Source of the DNA: the human T2T-CHM13v2.0 reference genome, Homo sapiens
Direction of reading: 5' to 3'
DNA: 64,000 nt
Assembly: GCA_009914755.4 (NCBI GenBank)
Contig: CP068257.2
Span: 18,048,001 to 18,112,000, forward strand
A program made the position numbers and the translations under genes. Below are positions 1 to 13,940 of the stretch, piece by piece. How positions within the stretch are numbered: the stretch's first letter is position 1; the number at the start of each line of letters is the position of its first letter. The notes under the pieces were generated by a model. The model saw only the letters and a list, made by a program, of their open reading frames with translations, had not been told where the DNA came from and did not search any database.

Positions 1-352
1 AGTGGTTTAACATTCTAGATCTCTATGGGCAAATGACTTTTTGAAATATTTCTGTCAATATCAATATCATCATTGACAAATAAAATGGCTCATCTTGGTG
101 CATCATTGCTATCACTGAATATTACTGCCTTGAGAAATAGAAATAGATTATCCAACTAGAAAATAAACATTTAAAAAACAAAATAAAAAACAATAACATA
201 TGACTGAATCTGTATTTCCATTATTGTAAAATTAAATTAAGTGATAATTTTTAAACTAGTCGTCTTTATTTTTATTGTTAGGAGTTGCCTATATTCTTTT
301 AATGTGTTTAGTTAGATTTTAATAGAAAATTACTCAATTATATTCTTTATAA

Positions 353-660
<308 letters not shown>

Positions 661-1637
661 TATAGTCTTTTAAAAATGTACTTAACAAACGTACTAAAAC
701 TTGGTCATATTTATTAAAAACTTTTTGTTGCTAATTTGCTTTTAAATTATTTTTAAATCATTTTTAGAACTTTCATCAGAAATGTAATAATTTTTTTTAG
801 AAAGCTTGAACAATGTTGAGAATCACATAGATTCGGTAATCTTAATGTCAGAGGAAATATTTTATTGTTATTAATGGTATAATTATGTACATTATTTATA
901 GGATATTAGTCGTTAATATGTTGTGAATATTTGTTATGACATATATACAGTTATTTTTTAGTGGCAACATAAATTCTATTTTTTGTTGGCTATTTCATGA
1001 TATGGGATAGACAATTTCTGTATTATTACTGCTTTTCCAATTTTGAGTAGTCTCTAATTTTTTATGATTTAATTTAATGGATATCTTTTTAGATAAAAAT
1101 TTGTACAGATTAATTATTTTAGCCTGTGGATACATTGCCAGAAACTGACTTGGTTAATTGAGGATTAAAAGATAGCTACAAATGTTACATTCATGTTATG
1201 CTGTAAAAACTATGAACTGTTTACCTTTCTAGTAGTGTTTTAGAATTCCTGTTTCCCCAAAACCTAACCCCACATTAAAGATTAGATTTTTAAATTTTTT
1301 AAGTAGAAGCTATTATCATTTTTGTTTTTTTTTATTTATTTGATGCTGAAGGGTTTTAAATATGTTTTTAGCTATTTTCTTTTTCTGTGTATACGGAAGT
1401 ATACAAATTACTGGCTTATGCCTTTTTTACTATTAGACTATTAATAACTACAAGGACTATTACTATCATATGTATATATATATATCTAAATTATCTGTAT
1501 CTATCAATATCAATATAGAAACGTACTTTGTAGACAATTCTATTTTACTTTCTTTGTTATTGTCCACTTTTGCTCAAAAATTTTTAAAATGTCTTAATTT
1601 TAAAGTAAAGCGCAGACACAGAAAACTGTACAAAACT

Positions 1638-1661
1638 TGTGTGTGTGTGTGTGTGTGTGTA
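1638..1661. repeat. (GT)n dinucleotide microsatellite
   Basis: Uninterrupted tgtgtg... run of about 24 bp, seen directly. Confidence 0.95.
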
Positions 1662-4600
1662 TACATGTTTTGTAATATAACAACCAAATATATGTCTTCA
1701 TAAATTACTAGAGGTGAATCTAGTTTCCGCCAAACTTCCAGAAATTCTCTCACCCCTATTAGCTTATAAACATTATACAATTTGTAATAGTAATCACTCT
1801 TATTTTTATTATTCAATAGTTTAAAGATCCTTATGTGTTTTCTTATAAAATTTACTATTTTTCATTTACAAAATTAAAAAGAATATATATATATATCTTT
1901 TGCTATGTAGTTCTCTCCCATCCAACCATTTCTTCATTATTTGTCTGTTTATTAACCTGAAGCATTTGACTTGTAGAGTTTTCTAAAGTGTGAATTCTAT
2001 TGATTTCATAACAATGGTACAGTTCAATATGTTCCATTGTCCTCTGTATTTTCTAAAAGTAGACAGTACCATCCAGAGACTGAATCAAACTTACATTAGA
2101 TTCCTTCAGTATGGCTATATGTGGTTAGCAAGACAATAAGGCACACACCATCTGGTCGTCTCTCGTTTTTTACTGTTAACATTGCTATCTATATATGACC
2201 TATATCTGGTAATCAAATAGGGATTGGTAAATAATAATATTCCATTGCTATCACTTCTTTTTCCTTTATTATTTGAAATGCTTTTAAAATAAGACACTTT
2301 TACTCACCTATTATTTTCTACCAGTGGAACCATTTATGAAGAAAGGCCAGGATGTTTGATTCTTTTGCATTATTGATCATTTTTGTGAATAAAGCAATGA
2401 TTTTTCTAACATCTTCCACAATTAGCCAATCTTTTTTTCTAGTATTTTAAAGAAATAATAGATTCATATGTATGTTCGAGGACCCAATTCATTGCAGTTT
2501 TTATTGTTATTGAAGTAGAGAGTGAACCACATTCAGCCAGTTGGGAATTTGAAGAGTCAGTTCCTAACTCTTTTTGAAATGTCAGTTGCCTTGATAATTT
2601 ACTTGCTACTTGGAATGGCAACATGTTCTAGCCTCACCATATATATTTTCTGCCCCAGATCTGGAACTATCTATTTCAATCAGAATCCCTGATTTTAAAA
2701 AAAATTCTGAATAGGAATTCAAGACACAATCAAGGAATTGCTCATCTTGTAGTATTTTTCAGTAGAATTAGAAAATAAATGTAAGATCAAATACCTCAGC
2801 AGTTGTTATTGACGTTCCTCTGTAAAGACTACAGATATTTACTTAACTTCTTCTCTATTACTTCTCTATTTTCTTTCTTCCCCTGAAAATTGTTGTTCTA
2901 AAGGACAAAGGCGATGGCAGAATTTGAACATCATTCAATTATCCTTTCTATTTTGTTTGGCATTACACACACACAACAACAATCTCAGAGAAGCAATATA
3001 TATAGTTGCTGTCTTAAGTAATTACTGAAAATATTTTTAAAGTTTTGCATTGTTCTTTTAATTCTCTCTCATTTCTATGGTTGTACTATATTTTCATTTC
3101 CTGAGCTTATAGCCATTATATAACTCTCTCTCCTTTCCTTTAACTCTGTTGTCTCTCTTATGCTTAATTATAATTCAACTCATATTCCTGCTTAATATGG
3201 AGCTATGTTATAGAAGAGAGATCTGGAGGTATATTTTAAAACAATTTTAGGAGCTAGATCCTCTTCAGTCCTTCTTTTCCAAGATTATCAATATTATAGA
3301 GGACAAAACACCTCAGTTTTGGCTCTTCTCAAATTGCTCCCATGTGTTTTCCAGTGAGTACTTTGGATATATTGGTATTTTCTATACAAGTTTGTCAGAC
3401 AGCAACTCTCATTTTTATTTCCTCAGATAACAGTAATATGCAAGACTTATTGGTCATTTGGTTTGTTACTGACTCACTTGTATTTTAAGGTCCTGTGATA
3501 TCTTTTGAACCTACTTTTATTAATATTATTATTGTATCAGATATCAACTCTTGTATTTTATTTCTCAGATATGACTCAATGGATATATGATAGCCTATAA
3601 AACATAGGTGGTTAAAAATATTACTAATGATAACACAATCTATTTCTAAAAGAAATTTTTTTCATCCTGAGCTCCATTGAGTTTATCTGTCTATATCTAG
3701 ATCTATACCTATATCTATGATATAAACAGTGATTTCTCAAAATTCTTACCCATCCATAATTGCCATTTCGTCTGTTGTTGAGAGATAGGATTCCTATCTC
3801 TTGATATTTGGAGACTTGATTTAAAAGAAAAATCTCAATTATTTTCTCACATTTTGGTAGAAGTTGCCTTTTTTGTGATGAACAAAATTTATATTTTCTA
3901 GATAAATTGTGATGACATCTTTATTAAGTCTAGAAAAGTTCATGAAGATTGAAATACCAATGAAAATAATTACTGATATTTCATATGTACATAACTTAAA
4001 ATGTAAATGACAATATAGTATTTATTTGATTGCTAAAATTATGTTTGAATTAAAAAATTATGCTTAATTAAAGTGATACATTTTTATCAACAGGTCCTTA
4101 TTTAGGGGCAAATATATTTCCAGTGCTTCATGGGAGCCTAATGTATGCTGTCATAACTTGATTGTGAATAAAATTATGTGGCATTTGATTCAGGAAAGGC
4201 AAAGTGAATTAGCCAAAATAATTTGAAAAACTAGTGAGGGGAAAATGTAACACTTGAACCAAGGAAGGCTTATTAATGCACTTTTGGTGTGAAAGTTGAA
4301 GACTCTATGAGCTGAGTCTATATATTTGAACCCAGCAACTAACTGTTATAAAGATTCTATCCTATTTTTGCTGCTACAATATTAACCACAACGTGGAGAA
4401 TGTTTATAGCATGTCCTGTGCACACTTGTCTCTTATCACTCAATCAAGGACCACTTTTCTCAAATTAAATTTTTATTCTTCATAACCGTCCTTATGCATA
4501 AAAATAGAATATCAATAGAAAAACTTAAAGTATGCATAATCTCTATGCTTATTCCTCATGTAACTAAATTGTTCTTCATAGATCTACATAGTGTTAATGA

Positions 4601-5298
4601 CATGAGAAAATTAAAAAAATACACATGTAATTATTGCCATTTTGATTATTTTGGTATGACAATTCAAGTTTATAGGCTAACTTTACTTTTTCTAAAAAAC
4701 ACCTTCTTACAGACATTAACTAAATCCCAGTCTCAAACATAGTATTTTGTCCTTTGTTATATCCTGTATTCTTCACTAAACCTCTGTAGAAATGGTGAAA
4801 AGACATGATAACACCAGCACACTCTAGGGGTCTTATAGATTTGCATAAACCAGATTATAGAGAACAATTACCTAAAAGGATAAATGTGCCTGGATAAAGC
4901 ACTGAGCTGGGAGTTTCAAGGCTGAGATTCCCATTGTCTGTCAGCTACTTGGTTTTGCTACTTATTTTTCCAACTTTTTTTTTTCTGTGAAATTATTTTT
5001 TCCTGAAGTTTTAAAATAAAGTGGGCTTCAGGAAAGTTTTATAGTTTTTCAAATTTATCTTTTCTGTTGTTTTTGTATAGTGTTCAAGATTATGTAACTT
5101 GTTTTCTTAGATTTTCCAGCTGTGTTTAACTCTCTACTTTAATCTAAATCTTCTTTTCTTTTAACTCTTGTCTTCATTCTGCTCAATTATGATACAATTC
5201 TCATAATTTCTCCTTAGTATGGAACTCTGTTCTAGAAGAAAGACCTGAAGGGACATTTTTTAAAAGTTCTTAGTGACCAGACCACTCTATCCTCTTCA

Positions 5299-5333
5299 GT
5301 TTTGTTTTTTGTTTTGTTTTTGTTTTTGTTTTT
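5299..5333. repeat. (GTTTT)n pentanucleotide microsatellite
   Basis: gttttgttttttgttttgtttttgtttttgttttt seen directly. Confidence 0.9.
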
Positions 5334-6559
5334 CCCCAAACTAACCAATATTATAGAGGGGGAAGCCTCTCTTCATTTTAGCTGCTCTCCACAACTACCT
5401 GATGTTTAGGCTCAAATTTTCACCTAAAGTTGGACAGGAGATTTGAAGTGACTTGGAGATTGATCCAGGAAAAAGCTATGACTATAGGAGGCAGTAACAC
5501 ATGATGAGTTTTACTGGGAAGTGCTTGAACAAAATTGCAAGAGGGGGTAAGCCCCTTACAATGAGAAATTGTCCAGAGGGTTACAGTGAGAAGATCACTC
5601 CAGACAGAGCGAAGGTTAGGGGAACTCCCAGACAAAAAGGGACTCTGAGAGGGCCTTACCTGTCTAGGTGATGTCAATCAGCTGCACGATGGGAAATCTC
5701 TAGGTCTGAGAGTCTTAAAAGGCCACGAACCTAAGGCCTTAGAACAACAAGACCCTATCATGTTAGTGGCTGGAAGATTCAGACTGAAGTGTCAGGCAAA
5801 GCAGACAGTCTCTAAATGGCTAAACATATGCTTTTCTGGACTATTTTAAGGTAAATATATTGTGAATTTGGTGCTGGATGACTTTGGAACTAATGTATCT
5901 TAGCCAAAAGTGAAGGCATACAAAACCTAGGGACCAGTAGAGAGGCCATCTTTGGCTTATTAATATAACAAAGCGGAATAATAATTATTGTCACATACTG
6001 CCACATGAGTGTTGGAGGAATTAATGAGATAATACTTGAAAAGCTTTTTGGAGTCCTTCTCAAGAAAGGTAATTTGTTAATATAAAACTGACTATTAATA
6101 CAGCAAGAAGCCTTTTCCCAAAGTAGCTTACACACAATCACTGCTGGGTGTATTCACTGCAACAGAAATGAGCTGCTCATGGAGATTATAAACATTCACA
6201 TTATTCCTTTAGATTTTATTGCAAGGGCATTCGTTTACATATTAAAAAGCTTTAGGAATATTCTTAAGACATCAATTTAAAGCATGGTTTGAGTAGAATT
6301 ATAAAATGAACATTTGGATTTGAGTACAATTGTATAAATGATTAGTTTTTCAAGGATTATTTGTATTTAAATGTCTTGTTATATATAAAATGAGGAAAAT
6401 ATTCTTAATATTTCAAAATATGAAACTGAATTAAATATTGTGTTTTCACATATATCTAAATTGAAGCTATACAATTTAATATATATCTAAATCTGTGACT
6501 ATCATCCCTTTGGGGGAATATATTTTCCTTAACATTTGATAATAAGAGAATTCAGTCTT

Positions 6560-6924
6560 TGATATGGTTTGGTTCTGTGATCCCACCCAAATCTCAATTT
6601 GTAGTTCCCATAATTCTCACATGTTGTGGGAGGGACCTGATCACAGATAATTGAGTCATGGGTATGGGTCTTTCCCTTGCTGTTCTCGTGATAGTGAACG
6701 GGTCTCATGAGATCTGATAGTTTTAAAAATGAGAGTGTCCCCACACAAGCTCTTTCTTTGCCTGCTGCCATCCACATAAGATGTGACTTGCTCCTCCTTG
6801 CCTTCCACCATGACTGTGAGGCCTCCCCAGCCATGTGGAACTGTAAGTCCAATAAACCTCTTTCTTTTGCCAATTACCCAGTCTCATGTATTTCTTTATC
6901 AGCAGTGTGAAAATGGACTAAATC
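6560..6924 (+). mobile_element. Solo LTR of the ERVL-MaLR superfamily (THE1/MST-like)
   Basis: Starts tgatatggtttggttctgtgatcccacccaaatctcaatttgtagttcccataattctcacatgttgtgggagggacc. It continues through gtgaggcctccccagccatgtggaactgtaagtcc...ccagtctca...cagcagtgtgaaaatggactaa. This matches the remembered THE1/MST LTR consensus end to end. Confidence 0.8.
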
Positions 6925-9055
6925 AGTCTTCATATAAATAAATCATACATTAGAAAGTGTGTATGTGTGTGTGTTTGTGTTTCTAACCAACTTTCTCTAA
7001 TTCTTGTTTTTAAGAGTTAAGCTTTGTAGTATTATATTATTATAAATTGGAAGAAAATTCTCTCTCTCATATTCAGTGAGATTTATTGTGCAAATTTAAA
7101 GATTTATGTTTAGTACACAGGGGCAACAGAAGTAGCATGGCTAGTAAGTGCACTTTTATATAATTTATTTACATTTATGTAGTTAATGTGAACATAGAAT
7201 GAGTGAAAAGATAATTTAAATAATCCCACATTTTTATAAGCTATATATAATATATATTTATTATTGACTATTTTAAGTAGAAAGTTATTATTATAAATGA
7301 CAGTTAATGCTGTATTTCTAATTTTTACACAATTCATCCTAAAATAGTGGGTATATGAAGAGAGGAGCAAACATCAAGCTGAAAAAAGATGAGTGAAAAT
7401 TGTATACTTAGATCCAGTTGATAATTGTATAGGCCCTGTTTATTAGTTATTTACCATAGATGTTAGCTTTCCACTTTCTGTTTTTCACTAGATCTGTGAG
7501 CATCCTACATATTTTCATGCTGTATTCCTGAGAAAGATTAACAGGAAAATGGGCACTATTTGTACCTGTTTGGATTCTCTACACTAAATCTACGTTTGCC
7601 TGAGATTTTGGCCTACTTATCTTTAAACCTGGTGATCAAGCTTTAAATGATAATTAGTATCAAAATTCTCTATTGCCATAAATACAGATATAATATTAGG
7701 AAATTAATAAAAGGAATTGAATTAAATATTTAAAGAGTTTTTTCTGAATTCTTACTGAACAATTAAACATATACTTCAGTAATGAAAATAACTAGATAGT
7801 AACCAGATGAAAACATCTAAAATCATTCTGAATAGTCAAATTAATGAATGATGGTTAACATAATGATAAAGATGGAATGAATTTTTTCTTATGTATATTT
7901 TTAATCAACACAATGATTTATAATGAGCAACACTCAGAGTTGGCTGCCCCAGTGGAATCTGGGGACACAAATAATGAAGAGCTGAAGAAAAAGATTCAAG
8001 AAGATCTGAGGTGGTATCTTGTAAGTGTCTTATACAATCCAGGTTTGTCCATTCAGATCTGTTTGTGTCCTTATGATCATGCTTCTTTCTAACTCTACAG
8101 AGCCTTTGAATTTTGTGTGAATAATATGCCTTTACTTCTTACCTGAGACATAGGCATACAAATCCAATTAAGCATGCAAGTTCCTTCAAGTTGGTGACCA
8201 GTCACAATTTTAAGAGGATTAGTGGAACTCACTACAGTCTTCTTTGCTGCAGCTCTTCTCAAGACCCTGATAGTCATAACACTCTTCCACAACCTATTTA
8301 AGGCCTCCTTTACTTTCACCCAGAATTTCTGTTGCTCTGAGCTGCTTGACTGGTGATATGACATCATCCTTGAGAGGTTTGTACTGTTAGCTACCTTGCC
8401 TTGTTAACAAATGTTGGCTGCAACTTATCATTTTCCATTCTTTCTGGGCATGACTATATCAATAAATGCCTCGGAAGGTTTCTAAGGTCCAGAAATGCTT
8501 CTTCCTTTCCTCACTGTGTACAGAAAACTATAGCACACTTTGGTAAACAGAGTTCATTGCCCAATCATTTTGTAGATCTTTTCTTTTTCTTCTGGTTCCT
8601 TTGAGGAAGCCAACATGGCGAAAAGGTAAATTCTACTCCTATTTTAGCATAACTCACAATGATTCTCTTGAGGGAAGTGTTCTTCTCTTAGGAACCGAGA
8701 CCTTGAACCTGGCAGTGTATAGAATTGAAAAGATGTGAAGCACACACTAAAATGATGATGATGGCTTTTAGATCTATTGATATAGTGAGTCACAGCTGTT
8801 GGGGCACACACAGCACTATATATCTGCTCTTGAATCAGCACATCAAGCACATGCTGGAGACGATGCCTCAACCCTGCAGGCTGTTTTGTTCATGCTGGCT
8901 CCATAGAAGACACTTTAACTGTCCTTACACTGTTCTTACCAGACTGACTCGTTTTAGGACACATTATAAGACATACATATATGTGTTTGTATGTATACAG
9001 ACATTAAGATATGTTAATTTGTATATAATAATAGTTAATAATAATATACAAATTA

Positions 9056-9073
9056 GTGTGATATATATCACAC
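9056..9073. repeat. Perfect 18-bp AT-rich palindrome (gtgtgatatatatcacac) within an AT-rich low-complexity tract
   Basis: The sequence equals its own reverse complement, checked by hand. Confidence 0.9.
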
Positions 9074-9291
9074 ATATTCACTAATTTATGTCATTATTTA
9101 TTACAATTATTATTATATATTATATTATATATTAATATATATATAAACCCTTGAAGTTATTTCATCATTATTATACCACTTTTTGGTCATAAAATCTATC
9201 CTCTTCTCTGAAGTGGTGTCATTTGTGAGACACTGCATAAACAAATCATTCTTGAGCCTTAGATAGTGGGGAATGTGGAGGCATTGCATGA

Positions 9292-9646
9292 GTGTCTTAG
9301 TTTGGGCTGCTATAACAGGATACCATGGATTGGGTGGGTGGCTTAAACCACAAACATGTATTTCTCATGTTCTGCAATATGGAACCAAGATCAGGTTTTT
9401 GGTGAGGGCTTTCATCTTGGTTTACAGATAGCTGTCTTCTCACTATATCCTCAGGTGGCACAGAGAGAGAGCTCTGATTCTTTCATCTCCTTATAAGGGC
9501 ACCAATCCCAACATGGGGGCCCTACCACAATGGCCTCATCTAAATCTAATTATCTTGCAAGGGCTTAACCTACAAATATCATCATATTGGAGATTAAGGC
9601 TTCAATATATGAATTTTATGGGGAAACAGACATTCAGTCTATAGCA
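9292..9646 (+). mobile_element. LTR-class interspersed repeat (ERVL-MaLR/MLT-like). Subfamily not determined
   Basis: Starts tgtcttagtttgggctgctataacagg..ataccat.gattgggtgggtggcttaaaccacaaacatgtatttctcat.ttctg. It ends ...ttggagattaaggcttcaatatatgaattttatggggaaacagacattcagtctatagca (TG..CA termini). These are motifs I recognise from a common human LTR family. Confidence 0.45.
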
Positions 9647-12177
9647 ATAAAGAAGACAAACACATATTAAGAATATTTATCAATTATGGTAAGGATTGAT
9701 TGCTGTCTGCTCCAGGATGGCAGAATCTAACATGTGACATACCACCAAGTGGCTGAATAGTTCACTATTCAGTTGTTTACAGCTGATATCTGCAGTGGTG
9801 ACATTGACATTGATCAGTGGCATTGGTTAGAATTAGCTCTGGCAGGATGAGGCCTATGCACTCAGGCCATTTCATATTTGCCATCCTTGACACTATGCCT
9901 CTAATGCTAATGGTCTCATTGTGCCAAAGCTGAAGTAGCTGAGCAAAGAAAATAATCAGCATCTCTGTCTGGTGGCAGTTGGGTGAGATTCAAATATCTG
10001 TACATGTTGTGCGTATTTCTACATCTTCTTCTTAGCCCATCATGTCCCTCATGTTGCATCAAGTTTTGCTCTTTCCAAACCCTCATTGAAACATTCAGTT
10101 ATTCATAATGAGATCCATATATATCCACACTTTTAGGCACTTTCTCCTTCTATTTCTGGATTTCAAATCCATAATTCATCTGTGAACCAGGCCTACATCC
10201 ATTCCTTCTCTATTAGTTACCTCTAGAGAAATCTCCTTGAGAATATAGTTGAGACAAATGTAACAGGGTGGTTTGCGCTTCTTATCACATAATTTACCCG
10301 TATCTTTAGACCTGTTCTGTCCTGATCTCAAACAAACCACCTTAACTGAAAAGTTTATTGTTTCAATTTCTGCTTAACTTTGTCACTATTGACTCTAATA
10401 TTGCCACTTTTTGATGGGCTGACATAATTGCATAGTAACTTGATGTTCCATGTTCAAATGCTCAGTATTAAGCCTGTACCAAGTTGAGGAGTTATTTTTA
10501 AAACAGTGATTAATTCTCTGATGCAGAAATCACAGCCTTGTTTCAGAATCTTAAAATATTGTACTTTTACTCTATTACTGAAGCTTGTTCAGGGAAAAAC
10601 ATCCACATTTTTGACAGATACTACCAGACACGAGATCTGCAGGGTTACATGGCCCAAGTGTTAATGCAGCTTGTAACATACTCTCACCATGCTGCAGAAC
10701 CTACTGTTGCTCTGGACCCCTCTTGAAACTGTCAGCTTTTAAATCTATCAAACTGTTTACAGTAGTATTCCAAAATACATTATACCATCTCTACAATCCA
10801 AAGAGGCTCACTAAGTGCAGTGGTAGGAGATATGAGGTTAAAAAAAAATCAAAGAGCCTCCAATCTTAGTAATCCCTACATGTTCCAGACAAATGGATTT
10901 CTAAAATCTTTACTACTGTAATAGACTTCTAAATATTCAGTGAATTTGTTTCCTATCTCGTGGAATGCATTTGTTTTAGTAAGAAAATTTAAGGTATTCA
11001 CTACTCCTTCTTATTAGAAACAGTTAACACGATGTAGTCAACATAATGCAAGAGCGTGCAGCTATTAGAAATGTCAGGACCAAGGATATTGACTATATTA
11101 TGACAGAAAGCAGAAGTTTTTAACCAGTTCTGGAGCAAGACAGTGTATGAGGCACTGTATAGGTACTCTCGCCCTTTTTTGTAAAGATTAACTGGCTTTG
11201 ATTCCCCCTAATGTTACGTATTCAGAAGCATTTACCAGCTCAATAGCCAAATATTGGATGGGTCTGTTTCAGTATGGAGATGACATCCAGTACAGCAAGT
11301 ATAGGTATGGCTACTCCTAGTTAAGCTTACCATAATTTTTAATCGCATGCATTTTTTTCATAGCAACCAGAGAGATTAAATGAATGGAGATGAATGGGAG
11401 CCACTCCACCATTCATCAAAACTTTGATACTGGACTCAATTGTGAATTTGTCTTGAAATTTGATAATGCTTTTGTTTTACTGTTCTGCTCAGCAAAATAG
11501 TACATGTTTTACTGTTTTCCTACCTTAATGCCCTTTCATTCTGCAGGTGAGATAACAAACATTGGATCCTAAATATATCACTCCAAGTTGGACCCAATGG
11601 ATGTAGGCTTGAACCAAAACTCTGTTCATGAATAGACTAATGAGAAAATCTGATAGTGTTCTAGGTCCTAGTGTAAAAGCTATTTTTTTTTTTAAAAAAA
11701 ATAACTTTTCAAGAGATGGAAGACAAATTACATAAAGATTCAGAGACCTATTACCTAAGTAAAGATTTTAGGAATCTTCTTTTCTGGAGCATGTCAGGAT
11801 TACTAAGGTAAGAGACATTTTTCTTTTTAACTTCATATCTCTACCACTAAGGCACAAAACTTAGTGAATCTCTTTGGATTGTAGAGGCTATATATTTTGG
11901 AACACTGTTGTGAACATGTTGGTGGATTTTGAAAGCTGATAGTTTCAAGAGGGTCCCAGCTGGATGGGACTGCCCTCAACTTATTTCTGAGGAAGCTTAA
12001 AGTTACGGAACTGATCCTTAGCCAATATAATGTCAAATGGGCTAAATGATGATTTATAATATGCTTTTCAAAATTCCAAACTCTCATAGTGTGTACCAAG
12101 GCTTGCTGGCTTACACCTGACATAATCTGTTAAATAGCCTCCCTTGGTTATGTGAGAAGAAGAACAAAAAAGACCTT

Positions 12178-12554
12178 TGTATTAGTTCGTTCTGACACTA
12201 CTATAAAGACATATCTGAGACTAAGTACTTTATAAAGGGAAAAGGTTTAATTGACTCAGCTCCACATGGCTGGGGAGGCCTCAGGAAACTTATAATCATG
12301 GTGAAAGGCAATAGAGAATCAAAAGCACGCCTTATATGGTGGCAGGCAAGACAGAATGAATAAGAAAGGGGGAAGAGCCCTTATAAAACAGTCAGATCTT
12401 GTGAAAACTCATTCACTATCACAAGAACACCACAGGGGAAACGGCCCCCATGATCCAATCACCTCCCACCTGGTCTCACGCTTGACACATGGGGATTATG
12501 GAGATTATCATTTGAGATGGAATTTGGGTGGGGACACAGAGCCAAACCATGTCA
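12178..12554 (-). mobile_element. Solo MaLR LTR (THE1/MST-type), minus orientation
   Basis: On the minus strand it reads tgatatggtttggctctgtgtccccacccaaattccatctcaaatg... The plus strand shows the complement of the LTR 3' end (tgtattagttcg...ctataaagacatatctgagactaagtactttataaagggaaaaggtttaattgactcagctccacatggctggggaggcctcagg). Confidence 0.75.
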
Positions 12555-13554
12555 ATCTTGTTGAACACTTTTGAAGAATTCCCACTCTTTTAAAAGCAAA
12601 AATTCCTTACACAAGTCTTGGTCATTCAATGTCTGCAGATAAAGAAAGAACTTTATAAGAATGAACCCTGGGAGATGTGCCTCAGTGTTGTTTGGACAAT
12701 ACTTACCAACACTCATTTTCTCTTCCTGCATCATATTGTCTTCAGCCAAGCCTTATAACGGTATACTCTGTGGAGATGAGTGAGTTAATTTCATTATTGG
12801 ACTTGCATAATATCTGTAGTTCCCTTGCCCCAATGTCAATCAAGATATACAATCTAAGAGTTAACAACCGGCCAGTGGTCCTTTTAGGTAGAATCAGGGA
12901 CTGTCTGTCATATATACATGCAGTGCTATTTAAATTTCTTTTCTCAAGGGGATTCAGCACTTTTTTGCTCAAGAAGCTCTGGGACTAATTTATAGCTGGA
13001 TTTTTAATGGAGATACATGTTTGTGCAGTGGTGGACTTTAGCCTTTTGCATACCAGCTCTGGTTACTTATTTACTTATTTGTTGTAATTTGTATTTGCTA
13101 TAGATTTCTTTATTATTCTTGAACTTATAGAATTTTAGAAACTCCATCATTACCTGTGTACTTATCATGCATATTAGCCTGCTGTATCAGGTCACTCATG
13201 GACAAATACTCTGTCACTTTAGCTTTTCTGTTTTCTGTAGCTATCATTGCCACCTTGCTTTCAACAGTTAAAGGCCACCATTCTGAAGTCCTCAATATCA
13301 GTGATATTATGGATCCAAGTTTAATAGCAGCAGTGCTTACTATCAAGCCCTGCATATTGAGGACAGCCACCATGAAGTCTCTCAAAGATATCAGTGGTCC
13401 CCCCCACCAGGGAATTCATTATTGCCTCAGTAAAAGGAGTATCCTCTGGGGCCTTCTGGGAAACATAGTCAACGTTCTGAGATATTACATGGTGAATGTA
13501 TTCTAAACCTTATTTCTTCCTCATGCTCCAACAAAGTGGTTTGACTATGTTTCC

Positions 13555-13940
<386 letters not shown>

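Noticed and set aside
5400-5900. Possible additional DNA-transposon or LTR fragment
   Set aside because: No terminal inverted repeats, TSDs or consensus motifs that I can recognise. Not reported as a feature.
8095-8367. 90-aa minus-strand ORF (MMSYHQSSSSEQQKFWVKVKEALNRLWKSVMTIRVLRRAAAKKTVVSS...) and neighbouring minus-strand frames reading ...PLKDDVISPVKQLRATEILGESKGGLK.VVEECYDYQGLEKSCSKEDCSEFH
   Set aside because: It looked faintly like a decayed coding sequence, but the frames are interrupted by stops and I could not match them to any protein family. Insufficient support to call a pseudogene.
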